Source of the DNA: Planctomycetia bacterium
GTDB taxonomy: Bacteria > Planctomycetota > Phycisphaerae > Phycisphaerales > SM1A02
Length of the DNA stretch: 64,000 nucleotides
NCBI GenBank assembly: GCA_005790605.1
Contig: SXUI01000040.1
Location: forward strand, 16,941 to 80,940
Direction: 5' to 3'
Made by a program: the position numbers and the translations under genes. Positions 18,242 through 26,919 of this stretch are shown here, in pieces. The notes under the pieces were generated by a model. The model was not told the origin of the DNA. It saw only the letters and a program-made list of their open reading frames with translations, and did not search any database. Positions within the stretch are counted from its first letter, which is position 1; each line of letters begins with the position of its first letter.

Positions 18242-20421
18242 TGCAGCACGAAGCCACCATCGACGCGGCGCTCGCGTGCATCGCGAGAGGTTGGAGTCCT
18301 ATCCCTGTGCCCCACGGATCGAAGAGCCCACTCACGCCCGCTTGGCTGAAGCTCCGCCTCAGCGCTGGCGAAGCGAAGAGCCACTTCGCGCTCAATGCAA
18401 ACATCGGCGTGCTTCTTGGCGAGCCGTCCGCGTGGCTCGTCGACATCGATCTCGATTGTGAGGAAGCGCGCGAGGCCGCAGACTGCTTCGTTCCACTCAC
18501 CGCGTGCGTCACGGGTCGCCCGTCGAGCAAGGCCAGTCATCGTTGGTATGTGTCGCGCGGCGCACGCACGCGGCAATACCGCGATCCACTCGATCGCTCC
18601 ATGATCGTCGAACTGCGAAGCACCGGCGCGCAGACGATCATTGGGCCAAGCGTGCATCCCTCTGGAGAGCGCTACGACATGCTCGAAGGCATTCCCGCGA
18701 CCGTGGACGCAGAGGAACTCGAAGCCAGCGTGCAGCGCCTCGCTGCACATGTCATTGCTCGCCGCCACTCGAACACTGAGCCGGTGGGTCAAGATGGAGT
18801 GGCTCGCGACGAGCACGATGACGAGCACACGGAGTCGCGCGCGAAGGCCTACATCGATCGCATGCCTCCTGCAATCGCTGGATCGGGCGGCCATGCTGCG
18901 ACCTACGCCGCGGCCACCGCGCTCGTGCACGGCTTCGCTCTCGCGCCAGTGCGAGCGCTCGCATTGCTGCGCGACCACTACAACGCGCGCTGCATACCGC
19001 AGTGGACTGATGTCGAGCTCTCGCACAAAGTCAGCGATGCCCAGCGCAAGCCACACGCGCGGCCCTACGGTTGGTTGCGCGACGAACGCACAAACGCGTC
19101 CGATGCAGCCGACCTCGGCGTCGATCTGTCGAACTTCAAACTGTGCCGCAACACGGTTGAGGTGCATGACGAAGATCGTCTCGCTCCAACCGACACGCCT
19201 CCTGATCCCGGTCCATTCCCCGAGCACCTGTTGCGCGTGCCCGGTTTTGTGGCCGATGTCATGGCGCACAACCTGGCCACCGCCCATCGGCCGCAGCCGG
19301 TACTCGCGCTCGCGGGCGCGATTGCGCTGCAAGCGGTGCTCGCTGGTCGCAAGGTGCGCGACGAGCGCGGCAATCGCACAAATCTGTACGCCGTCGGTGT
19401 CGCGCCATCAGGAGCTGGCAAAGACCACGCGCGGAAGGTCAACAAGAATGTCCTCCATCAAGCAGCGCTCTCCTCGCTTGAAGCCAATGAGGATCTCGCC
19501 AGTGACGCTGGACTCGTGAGCGCGCTTGAAGCGCATCCCGCGTCGCTCTTCCAATTCGACGAGTTCGGCCGTTTCTTGCGCACCATTGGTGATGCGAAGA
19601 AAGCGCCGCACCTCTACAACGTGCTCACGGCGTTGATGAAACTCTACTCAAGCGCCGACACGGTGTTCAAGGGAAAGGCCTACGCAGACGCGAAGCGCAA
19701 CAAGGTGATTGATCGCCCCTGCGCGGTGGTCTACGGAACCACCGTGCCCGAACACTTCTTTGAATCGCTCACCGCCGAAGCGCTCGCCGATGGTTTCATT
19801 GCTCGACTGCTGATCTTCGAGGCCGTCTCAACATCCTCGCGGCAATGCGCGCATGCGGCATCAGTACCCGAGTCCATTCTTGAGGCCGCGCGCTGGTGGG
19901 GAGATTTTGTGCCTGGTGGCAATCTTCGTCATGCGATACCTGATCCGATTGTGGTCCCGACAACACGCGAGGCAGCAGATGTCTACGAGCGCTTCGCGAA
20001 GTTGGTCGATGCCGAGCTTGCGCATGACGCACCAGGACGATCGCTCTGGGCGCGTGCAGAAGAGAAGGCGTGCAGACTCGCGCTCGTGTACGCGTGCAGT
20101 GCCAGCCGCGAGCAACCTGTGGTGGGCCAAGAGGCAGCCGAGTGGGCGTGCGCTGTGTCGGTACACCTGACTCGACGCATGCTTCACCTCGCGCACACTT
20201 GGGTATCCGACGGCTTCTTCGACTCGCGACAGAAGCGCGTGCTGCGCATCGTGCGCGCGGCAGATAGAAAGATCTCCGCGACAGAACTCTCTCGGCGCAC
20301 GCAGTGGCTCTCCAAGCGCGAGCGATCCGAAGTGCTTGAAAACCTCTTGGAAACAGGGCAAATCGTGATGCTTCGCGAGGCATCGCCCACCCGCCCAAGG
20401 ATGATGTATGCGCTTGCCTGA
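18241..20421 (+). CDS. DNA primase/polymerase (PrimPol N-terminal domain + DUF3987-like P-loop domain)
   Basis: 'GWSPIPVPHGSKSPLTPAWLKL' bifunctional primase-pol motif. Later 'VGVAPSGAGKDHARKV'. ATG overlaps the helicase stop (TGATG). Confidence 0.75.
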   Translation: MQHEATIDAALACIARGWSPIPVPHGSKSPLTPAWLKLRLSAGEAKSHFALNANIGVLLGEPSAWLVDIDLDCEEAREAADCFVPLTACVTGRPSSKASHRWYVSRGARTRQYRDPLDRSMIVELRSTGAQTIIGPSVHPSGERYDMLEGIPATVDAEELEASVQRLAAHVIARRHSNTEPVGQDGVARDEHDDEHTESRAKAYIDRMPPAIAGSGGHAATYAAATALVHGFALAPVRALALLRDHYNARCIPQWTDVELSHKVSDAQRKPHARPYGWLRDERTNASDAADLGVDLSNFKLCRNTVEVHDEDRLAPTDTPPDPGPFPEHLLRVPGFVADVMAHNLATAHRPQPVLALAGAIALQAVLAGRKVRDERGNRTNLYAVGVAPSGAGKDHARKVNKNVLHQAALSSLEANEDLASDAGLVSALEAHPASLFQFDEFGRFLRTIGDAKKAPHLYNVLTALMKLYSSADTVFKGKAYADAKRNKVIDRPCAVVYGTTVPEHFFESLTAEALADGFIARLLIFEAVSTSSRQCAHAASVPESILEAARWWGDFVPGGNLRHAIPDPIVVPTTREAADVYERFAKLVDAELAHDAPGRSLWARAEEKACRLALVYACSASREQPVVGQEAAEWACAVSVHLTRRMLHLAHTWVSDGFFDSRQKRVLRIVRAADRKISATELSRRTQWLSKRERSEVLENLLETGQIVMLREASPTRPRMMYALA

Positions 20422-20439
20422 CCCTGACGGAGATAGTTC

Positions 20440-20600
20440 AATCTTTCAAGTTCTATTCGTGGCCCCATGGGAGAGCGCGCGGAGACGAACAGGGATTGAA
20501 GTATTGAAAGATCTCTCTCTTTTCTCAGATATATCTATAAAACAAGGGGTTCCCGCGTCGGAGATCTGTCAAGAAGCCCCATGTAATACCTTTGACGTTT
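20440..20600. promoter_or_regulatory. AT-rich intergenic patch (candidate promoter / origin region)
   Basis: 'agatagttcaatctttcaagttctattcgtgg ... gattgaagtattgaaagatctctctcttttctcagatatatctataaaacaagg' in an otherwise ~62% GC context. Lies between the primase gene and the late-gene methyltransferase. Confidence 0.3.
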
Positions 20601-20852
20601 CTCCCCAAGTAGGTACTCCCGGGCGCTCGCAAGCCTCGTGTGGCCCGTTGGAGGAGCAGACCTTCGCGAGTGAGTTTGTTTCGCGTGGGTGGCGCACCTC
20701 ACCTCTGGCCCACCGAGGCCGCCACGCTTCCCGACGACGCGCTCATCGAGTTCGCGCGGGCCACGGCGCCGCTCACGCACTGCACGCGGCAGAAGCCCTC
20801 GTGGCGGCTTTGTGCGCGTCGCGCATTCAGTCCACCAACGAAGGAGCATGTC

Positions 20853-22079
20853 ATGGAGAAAGTCATGTCGCATGACGCGCCCTCGCTTCTGCTCGTTGAG
20901 CAGCGCGCGCTCTCTGCCGTGCGCCCCTACGCGAACAACCCGCGGCACAACGACGACGCCATCGCGGCCGTCGCTGAGAGCATCCGGAAGTTTGGCTTTC
21001 GCCAGCCGATCGTCGTCGACGCCGACGGCGTCATCGTCGCTGGGCACACTCGCTTCCGAGCAGCACAACACCTCGGACTCGCAAGCGTCCCCGTGCATGT
21101 CGCGACCGATCTCACACACGACGAGATTCGCGCCTATCGACTGGCCGACAACAAAACTGCGGAGCGCGCCTCGTGGGATGACGCCATGCTCTCGATCGAA
21201 CTCGACGCGCTCCGCGGCGCTGACATCGATTGGACGCTTCTCGGTTTTGACGAGAATGAACTCGCGAAGCTCCTCGCACCTGCGGGCACCGAAGGACTCA
21301 CCGATCCCGATGCTGTCCCCGAGACACCAACCAATCCAGTCACGCAATCAGGCGACCTCTATCTCCTCGGCAGGCATCGACTCCTCTGCGGCGACTCAAC
21401 CAACGCAATCGATGTCGCGAAGCTCCTTGATGGCGTAGTTCCAACGCTCATGGTCACCGATCCACCCTACGGCGTCGAGTACGACCCGCACTGGCGCATG
21501 GACGCCGGCATCAACAAAAACATCGCGCGCATGGGTGCAGTCCCGAACGATCATCGCGCCGACTGGACTGCGGCGTGGCAACTCTTTCCGGGTGACATCG
21601 CGTATGTCTATCACGCAGGCATCTTCGCTTCGACCGTGCAGCAATCACTTGAGCGCGCGGGCTTCGCGATTCGCGCACAGATCATCTGGGCAAAGGATCG
21701 CATGGCGCTCAGTCGCGGCGATTACCACTGGCAGCACGAGCCATGTTGGTACGCGGTGCGCGAAGGTGCGACAGGACGGCGCACCCATGATCGCACGCAA
21801 ACCACCTTGTGGTCAATTCCCGCGCGCGATGACGCGGGCCATGGACACGGCACACAAAAACCAGTCGAGTGCATGGAGCGAGCCGTGCGCAATCACTTGG
21901 CCGACATGATCTATGAACCCTTCGCAGGGAGCGGCACGACCGTCATCGCCTCTGAGCGCACAGGGCGCGCGTGCATGGCGATGGAGATCGATCCCGGCTA
22001 CTGCGATGTCGTGGTGCGCCGCTGGGAAGATTTTACGGGCAAGAAAGCGGAGCGCGTCACGGCGAAGGAAGTCGCGTGA
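20853..22079 (+). CDS. ParB-like nuclease domain / DNA N6(or N4) methyltransferase fusion
   Basis: ParB-N motif 'GHTRFRAAQHLGL'. MTase motif IV 'VTDPPYG' precedes motif I 'EPFAGSGTT' (beta class). RBS AAGGAG. Confidence 0.85.
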   Translation: MEKVMSHDAPSLLLVEQRALSAVRPYANNPRHNDDAIAAVAESIRKFGFRQPIVVDADGVIVAGHTRFRAAQHLGLASVPVHVATDLTHDEIRAYRLADNKTAERASWDDAMLSIELDALRGADIDWTLLGFDENELAKLLAPAGTEGLTDPDAVPETPTNPVTQSGDLYLLGRHRLLCGDSTNAIDVAKLLDGVVPTLMVTDPPYGVEYDPHWRMDAGINKNIARMGAVPNDHRADWTAAWQLFPGDIAYVYHAGIFASTVQQSLERAGFAIRAQIIWAKDRMALSRGDYHWQHEPCWYAVREGATGRRTHDRTQTTLWSIPARDDAGHGHGTQKPVECMERAVRNHLADMIYEPFAGSGTTVIASERTGRACMAMEIDPGYCDVVVRRWEDFTGKKAERVTAKEVA

Positions 22080-22132
22080 CTGCAACTGAGATCTCCGCGA
22101 AGTCGAACGGTGCGTGCGATGTGAGCGATGAC

Positions 22133-22354
22133 CTACCTGCTCCTCACGATCTGCAACTGAAACTCACGCCCGTCCTTGAGCGCCTCGATCACGAGTCCGC
22201 GGTTCATACAGAGCACGCCGTCGTCTTCGAACGTGCGCACGCAACTGACGCGCTCAGCGACTTCCATTGCGACCTCCTCAAGCGCGTCGTGATCACCCGT
22301 CGCAGCCGCGTCGATCAAGCGGCGCAAGAGATCCTCGATCTCGGTGTCGTGCAT
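22133..22354 (-). CDS. hypothetical small protein
   Basis: 73-aa ORF, the last gene of a tightly spaced minus-strand operon. Confidence 0.35.
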   Translation of the reverse strand: MHDTEIEDLLRRLIDAAATGDHDALEEVAMEVAERVSCVRTFEDDGVLCMNRGLVIEALKDGREFQLQIVRSR

Positions 22355-22357
22355 GAC

Positions 22358-22786
22358 TCAAGCACCTCCTTTGTTGGTCGACGAGAACTCGCCCCTACTC
22401 ACCTTCGCGAAGCGGGAGGCCGTTCCTTTGGCGCTGATCTCGCGCAGGATCGCCGCGTAGAGCGTCGCTTCGGGCGTCTTGCCTCCTGGGCTGGTCCAGA
22501 GTCCTCGCATGGCCATCGCGATGATGAGGTCCTTCGTGCGCATCGATGTGCCAGCGTCGGCGAGGACGAGCGCAGCGGCGTCGAGCGCTCCCAATCTGCG
22601 CGGCGTCTTTGGCGCGAGCGTTGGCACTTCGTTGGCTTTCGCCGTGGCCTCCAGTGTGAGCGCCTCCTTGCGCGTGGCCTTCAGTCGTCGTGTCACGAGC
22701 ATCGCGACCGCGGCGTCGAGCGCCTTCTCGTGCTTCACCCTGGTCTTGCTTGCGGGCTTCTTCATCTGCTTCGTCGCGGTCTTCAT
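22358..22786 (-). CDS. lysine-rich protein with C-terminal HARE-HTH-like domain
   Basis: C-terminal 'MRTKDLIIAMAMRGLWTSPGGKTPEATLYAAILREI...FAKVSRGEF' resembles HARE-HTH. The N-terminus is K/A-rich and histone-H1-like. Confidence 0.5.
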   Translation of the reverse strand: MKTATKQMKKPASKTRVKHEKALDAAVAMLVTRRLKATRKEALTLEATAKANEVPTLAPKTPRRLGALDAAALVLADAGTSMRTKDLIIAMAMRGLWTSPGGKTPEATLYAAILREISAKGTASRFAKVSRGEFSSTNKGGA

Positions 22787-22804
22787 ATCGTGTCTCCTTC
22801 AATC

Positions 22805-23167
22805 TCAAGTGGTGGATTGTGCTGGGACCACATCCCAGCTGTTCGTGATCGGTCGGTACTTCGGTGGGTAGATCGCCGCCCCGCGTCGCTCCATCGCGTC
22901 GCAGAAACGACTGCAGAGTTGGCCAGTGTTCACTCGCTTCTCGGCGAGTGCGTCCTTCACCGCGGTCGCCATGTCAGCGGGTGCGATGCGTGCGTTTCTC
23001 AGTTCGAAGCCAAGCGCTTCGGTCGTGCGCGTGATCGCGATGTCGAGCTCGCGCACCTCGGCGGCGAGCCGATCGAGAAGTTCGGCGCGCCTCTCTTGAA
23101 GAGTTGCAATCTCGGCGACCAACCCGATCGCGTCGGCGGCTGCGCGCGTAGTGCTCTTGGCATTCAT
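22805..23167 (-). CDS. hypothetical coiled-coil protein
   Basis: 120-aa ORF with protein-like composition, in the operon. Confidence 0.4.
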   Translation of the reverse strand: MNAKSTTRAAADAIGLVAEIATLQERRAELLDRLAAEVRELDIAITRTTEALGFELRNARIAPADMATAVKDALAEKRVNTGQLCSRFCDAMERRGAAIYPPKYRPITNSWDVVPAQSTT

Positions 23168-23170
23168 GAC

Positions 23171-23452
23171 TCAAACTCCTTTCTTCGCGGCGGCGAGGCC
23201 GAGTGCGTAAGCGGCGCTGAGAGCGTCCTTGAGGCCCCACACCGACACTTCGTGGAAGTCGAACGCGTCGCCCTTGCGCTCGGTGAGCGTCTCGATGTGG
23301 AGGATCGTGCGAGCGATCGACTCGAGTGCTTTGTCGCGCTTCTTCGTCGTGCGGTTCGTTGTGCCATTCGTCGTGCGGGCTGTGCGTTGTGTGCTGTGCT
23401 TCATCGTGTGTTCCTTCGTTGCGCCTTGGCGGCGCGTGACACATGTGGCCAT
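23171..23452 (-). CDS. hypothetical small basic protein
   Basis: 93-aa ORF, the first gene of the minus-strand operon. Divergent from the terminase genes. Confidence 0.35.
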   Translation of the reverse strand: MATCVTRRQGATKEHTMKHSTQRTARTTNGTTNRTTKKRDKALESIARTILHIETLTERKGDAFDFHEVSVWGLKDALSAAYALGLAAAKKGV

Positions 23453-23561
23453 GACATCGCGGCGTCAGCGAGCGCATTTGGGGCTTGTTTCCTCTTCATT
23501 CCGACAATTCGCGCGATCTCCAACATGAAGTCGCCACACGCGGGCACGAAGGGCTTTCATC

Positions 23562-23789
23562 TTGGACGCTGAACCTGAAAAATCTGCGCCCACGCGCGCG
23601 AACCCCGCGGCTCTGACCGTGGCCGACGCAGCGCGCCTCCTCGCAAAGGCTGGCGGCGAGCCAGTGACAGAGGCGATGATCCGCGCCGACATCACCGACG
23701 GCGCGCCGACAAATGCAGACGGCACCGTCAACCTTCTCCACTACGCAGCGTGGCTCGCGCGCAAGTCAAGTGAGGACGCCGGTGGCTGA
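23562..23789 (+). CDS. small protein upstream of terminase (possible small terminase subunit / DNA-binding)
   Basis: 75 aa. Its stop overlaps the putative GTG start of the large terminase. Confidence 0.3.
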   Translation: MDAEPEKSAPTRANPAALTVADAARLLAKAGGEPVTEAMIRADITDGAPTNADGTVNLLHYAAWLARKSSEDAGG

Positions 23790-26088
23790 CTCGCCACGCT
23801 TCAATCCGCGCAAACTTCGGCTCAGCGAGCTCTGCCGCATCCTCAACTCAACACCGCTTGGCGAAGTGGCGAGCGAGCGAGCACTCCAACGACAGCGCAA
23901 TCGCGCAGGCCTGCGCATCGACGACGGCAGCGGGAAGCACATTGATCTCTTCCGCTTCGTCGCGTGGCTCACGACGCGACGCGAGCGCGGCGCGACGACA
24001 GAGCCAACACTTTCCGCCAAACTCACCGGCTATGAACTCCACCGCGAACGCGCGCGACACCGCAACGCCCAACTCTCGCGCTCCGGTCGCGACATCGGCG
24101 AGTTGCCCGTCGTGGCCGACGACGCACGAAAAGCCGCATGCCGCTGCGACTTCCGCTCCTTCTGCGAGCGATACTTTCCACAGACCTTTTGCCTCGCCTG
24201 GAGCGACGACCACCTTCGCGTCATCGGTCGAATCGAAAACGCAGTGCTCGAAGGCGGGCTCTTCGCCATGGCCATGCCGCGCGGCTCCGGCAAAACGAGC
24301 CTCTGCGAAACAGCGTGTCTGTGGTCGCTGCTGTACGGGCACCGCGAATTTGTGGCTCTCATCGGCAGCGACGAAGAGCACGCCGCGAGCATGCTCGAGT
24401 CCATCAAAGCCGAGCTCGAAAACAACGATCTCCTCCTCGACGATTTCGCTGAAGTGTGCTTTCCTATCCGCGCGCTCGAAGGCATCCATCAACGCGCCAG
24501 TGGTCAACTCCATCGGGGCAAACAAACGCATATCGGATGGACCGCGCGTGAGATCGTGCTGCCGTCCGTGACGGGGTCGCCAGCGTCGGGTGCCGTCGTG
24601 CGGGTAGGCGGAATCACGGGCCGCATCCGCGGCATGAAGCACAAGCGCCCTGACGGCGCGAGCATTCGGCCGTCGCTCGTCTTGATCGACGACCCACAAA
24701 CTGATGAGAGTGCGCGCAGCCCTTCCCAAGTTGCCAATCGCCAGCGCATCCTCGCGGGCGCGGTGCTCGGCCTTGCAGGTCCCGGCCGCAAGATCGCCGG
24801 ACTTATGACACTCACTGTGGTTCGACAAGACGACCTGGCCGACCGACTCCTCGATCGCGACACACACCAAGAGTGGCAAGGCGAGCGCACGCGCATGGTC
24901 TACGCATTCCCAACGAATGACGCGCTGTGGGACCGCTACGCCAAAGTGCGCACCGATGGACTTCGCACTGGCGTCGGTCTACGCGACGCGACTGCGTTCT
25001 ATGTCGAACATCGACGCGCGATGGACGAAGGCGCACGCGTTGCCTGGGAAGCGCGCTTCAACTACGACGAAGCAAGCGCGCTGCAGCATGCCATGAACCT
25101 TCGACTGCAAGACGAGGCCGCCTTCCACGCTGAGTACCAGAACGACCCTCTCCCTGAAGCGACCGCGCTCGACGATGAACTCCTCACCGCTGACGCGATC
25201 GCTGCAAAGACATCTGGCATGGCGCGCGGAGCTCTCCCAATAGGCACCTCGCACCTCACTGCCTTCGTCGATGTGCAAGCGAAGTGTCTCTATTGGTGCA
25301 TCGTCGCGTGGGAAGATGATTTCACCGGCACGATTGTTGACTACGGCACGGAGCCAGATCAGAAGTTCCCTGCTGGCACTGCGTGGACGCTGCGCGATGT
25401 GAAGCGCACACTCGCAGCGGCGACTCCGCGCGCAGGGCTCGAAGGATCGATCTACGCCGGGCTCGACCGCGTCGTCGAACATCTCGTCGAACGCGAGTGG
25501 CGTCGCGACGACGGCGCCATGCTGCGCGTGGCTCGACTTCTCATTGACGCCAACTGGGGATCGTCAACGGATGTCGTCTATCAATTCTGCCGCGAAACAA
25601 AGCACGCAAGTTCGGTGATGCCCGCGCACGGACGCTATGTCGGCGCGTCGAGCGTGGCGTTTGGCGACTACAAGCGTCGGCGCGGCGAGCGCGTCGGGCT
25701 CAACTGGCGCATCCCAACTGTGACGGGTAAGCGCGCGGTGCGACATGTCACCTACGACACAAACTTCTGGAAAAGTTTTACACACGCGAGGCTTGCGGTC
25801 ATGCAGGGCGATCCCGGATCGCTCTCGCTCTTTGGCCGCGACTCGCGCGTGCATGAGGTGTTTGCGTCACACCTCACGAGCGAGTACCGCGTGAAAACCG
25901 AGGGCCGCGGCCGCGTGGTCGACGAGTGGAAATTGCGGCTTGCCGGTGCTGACAACCACTGGCTCGATTGCTTGGTGGGCTGCGCGGTCGCAGCGAGCAT
26001 GGAGGGATCAGTGCTCTTCGGCACCGATGCGAGATTCGTAGCGAGGCCGAAAGTCCGCCTGTCGGCCATCCGTAAGGGAGGCCACTAA
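23782..26088 (+). CDS. phage terminase large subunit
   Basis: ATPase Walker A 'AMPRGSGKTSL'. C-terminal nuclease region. Size and gene order. Start uncertain: GTG 23782 within ORF 23713-26088. Confidence 0.8.
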   Translation: MADSPRFNPRKLRLSELCRILNSTPLGEVASERALQRQRNRAGLRIDDGSGKHIDLFRFVAWLTTRRERGATTEPTLSAKLTGYELHRERARHRNAQLSRSGRDIGELPVVADDARKAACRCDFRSFCERYFPQTFCLAWSDDHLRVIGRIENAVLEGGLFAMAMPRGSGKTSLCETACLWSLLYGHREFVALIGSDEEHAASMLESIKAELENNDLLLDDFAEVCFPIRALEGIHQRASGQLHRGKQTHIGWTAREIVLPSVTGSPASGAVVRVGGITGRIRGMKHKRPDGASIRPSLVLIDDPQTDESARSPSQVANRQRILAGAVLGLAGPGRKIAGLMTLTVVRQDDLADRLLDRDTHQEWQGERTRMVYAFPTNDALWDRYAKVRTDGLRTGVGLRDATAFYVEHRRAMDEGARVAWEARFNYDEASALQHAMNLRLQDEAAFHAEYQNDPLPEATALDDELLTADAIAAKTSGMARGALPIGTSHLTAFVDVQAKCLYWCIVAWEDDFTGTIVDYGTEPDQKFPAGTAWTLRDVKRTLAAATPRAGLEGSIYAGLDRVVEHLVEREWRRDDGAMLRVARLLIDANWGSSTDVVYQFCRETKHASSVMPAHGRYVGASSVAFGDYKRRRGERVGLNWRIPTVTGKRAVRHVTYDTNFWKSFTHARLAVMQGDPGSLSLFGRDSRVHEVFASHLTSEYRVKTEGRGRVVDEWKLRLAGADNHWLDCLVGCAVAASMEGSVLFGTDARFVARPKVRLSAIRKGGH

Positions 26089-26273
26089 TGCCGCGCGCCA
26101 AGCGAGATGGCCTCGAAAAGGACGGCGCAAAGCTCGGGCTCTCTTGCCGCGCGTGCGGCTGCCAACACCTCAAGGTCGTCTATCTGCGGAGGCTTCGCAA
26201 TGGAGAGGTCCTGCGACGCAGAGAGTGCAGGCATTGCAGCAAACGCGTGACGACGCGCGAGACGCAACCGTGA
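26088..26273 (+). CDS. small zinc-ribbon protein
   Basis: CxxC...CxxC (CRACGC...CRHCSK). ATG overlaps the terminase stop. Confidence 0.4.
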   Translation: MPRAKRDGLEKDGAKLGLSCRACGCQHLKVVYLRRLRNGEVLRRRECRHCSKRVTTRETQP

Positions 26274-26671
26274 TGGTTCGATTGATCGAACGATTCACAC
26301 GAGCGCGCGCGAATTGCAAGGTTCGAACACAACACCCAGTCGGCACGCAGTGGATGCGATCCCTCTCCGCCACTCTTCCCGACACTCCACTCGCCGCAAA
26401 GCTCGCTCTTGAACTGCGGCTGTGTCCAGGTGTCGACCGCGAGGACGCTGCACAAGAAGCGTGGCTCGCCTCGCTCGAAGGCCGCAACCCAGCACGCGCC
26501 GTCAACACCTTCGCACAGCGAGAGCGTCGCCATCGCAGGCGCGAAGTCGCGCTCGCGATCGAGGGTCTGAAGTCCTGTCGCCTCTCGACCCTGCGAGCCG
26601 AGCGAACCACTGCACGCCGAGTGAACAAGCGCCGCGCAGTGGGTTCGACTTTGAATTCGACCTCAGCGTAA
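26273..26671 (+). CDS. hypothetical protein with sigma-70 region-2-like segment
   Basis: 'DREDAAQEAWLASLEGRNPARAVNTFAQRERRHRRRE' resembles ECF sigma region 2. ATG overlaps the upstream stop. Confidence 0.3.
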   Translation: MVRLIERFTRARANCKVRTQHPVGTQWMRSLSATLPDTPLAAKLALELRLCPGVDREDAAQEAWLASLEGRNPARAVNTFAQRERRHRRREVALAIEGLKSCRLSTLRAERTTARRVNKRRAVGSTLNSTSA

Positions 26672-26682
26672 CGATGTGACGC

Positions 26683-26919
26683 GTGTCGGTACTGGGCAAG
26701 AAGATGCCTGACCCCACTCCATCCATCACCGACGCCATTCGCGAAAACGCCGCAGGCCTCAAGAAGGCTTCCAACGACGCAGGCAGCATCGAGCAGCACG
26801 CAATCGCAGATCAGATCGCGGCCGATCGCTACCTCGCGTCGAAGCTGGCCATGTCGCGAAAGCACCGTGGCCTACGCATCTCGCGCATCGTTGCGCCCGC
26901 TGCTGGAGGCGCGACCTGA
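26683..26919 (+). CDS. hypothetical small phage protein (gpW-like position)
   Basis: 78 aa between terminase and portal, the position of gpW in lambda. Confidence 0.3.
   Translation: MSVLGKKMPDPTPSITDAIRENAAGLKKASNDAGSIEQHAIADQIAADRYLASKLAMSRKHRGLRISRIVAPAAGGAT

Noticed and set aside
17872-19332. 486-aa minus-strand ORF over the helicase/primase region
   Set aside because: Antisense to genes with definitive helicase and primase motifs. R/A/G-rich artefact. The same applies to 28900-29955 (antisense to capsid), 35273-36553 (antisense to tape measure) and 9819-10580 (antisense to recombinase).
21971-23572. 533-aa plus-strand ORF spanning the antisense operon
   Set aside because: Its translation is Arg/His/Gly-rich with no motif. 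The four minus-strand ORFs beneath it are protein-like (one has a HARE-HTH domain) and tightly spaced, so they are preferred.
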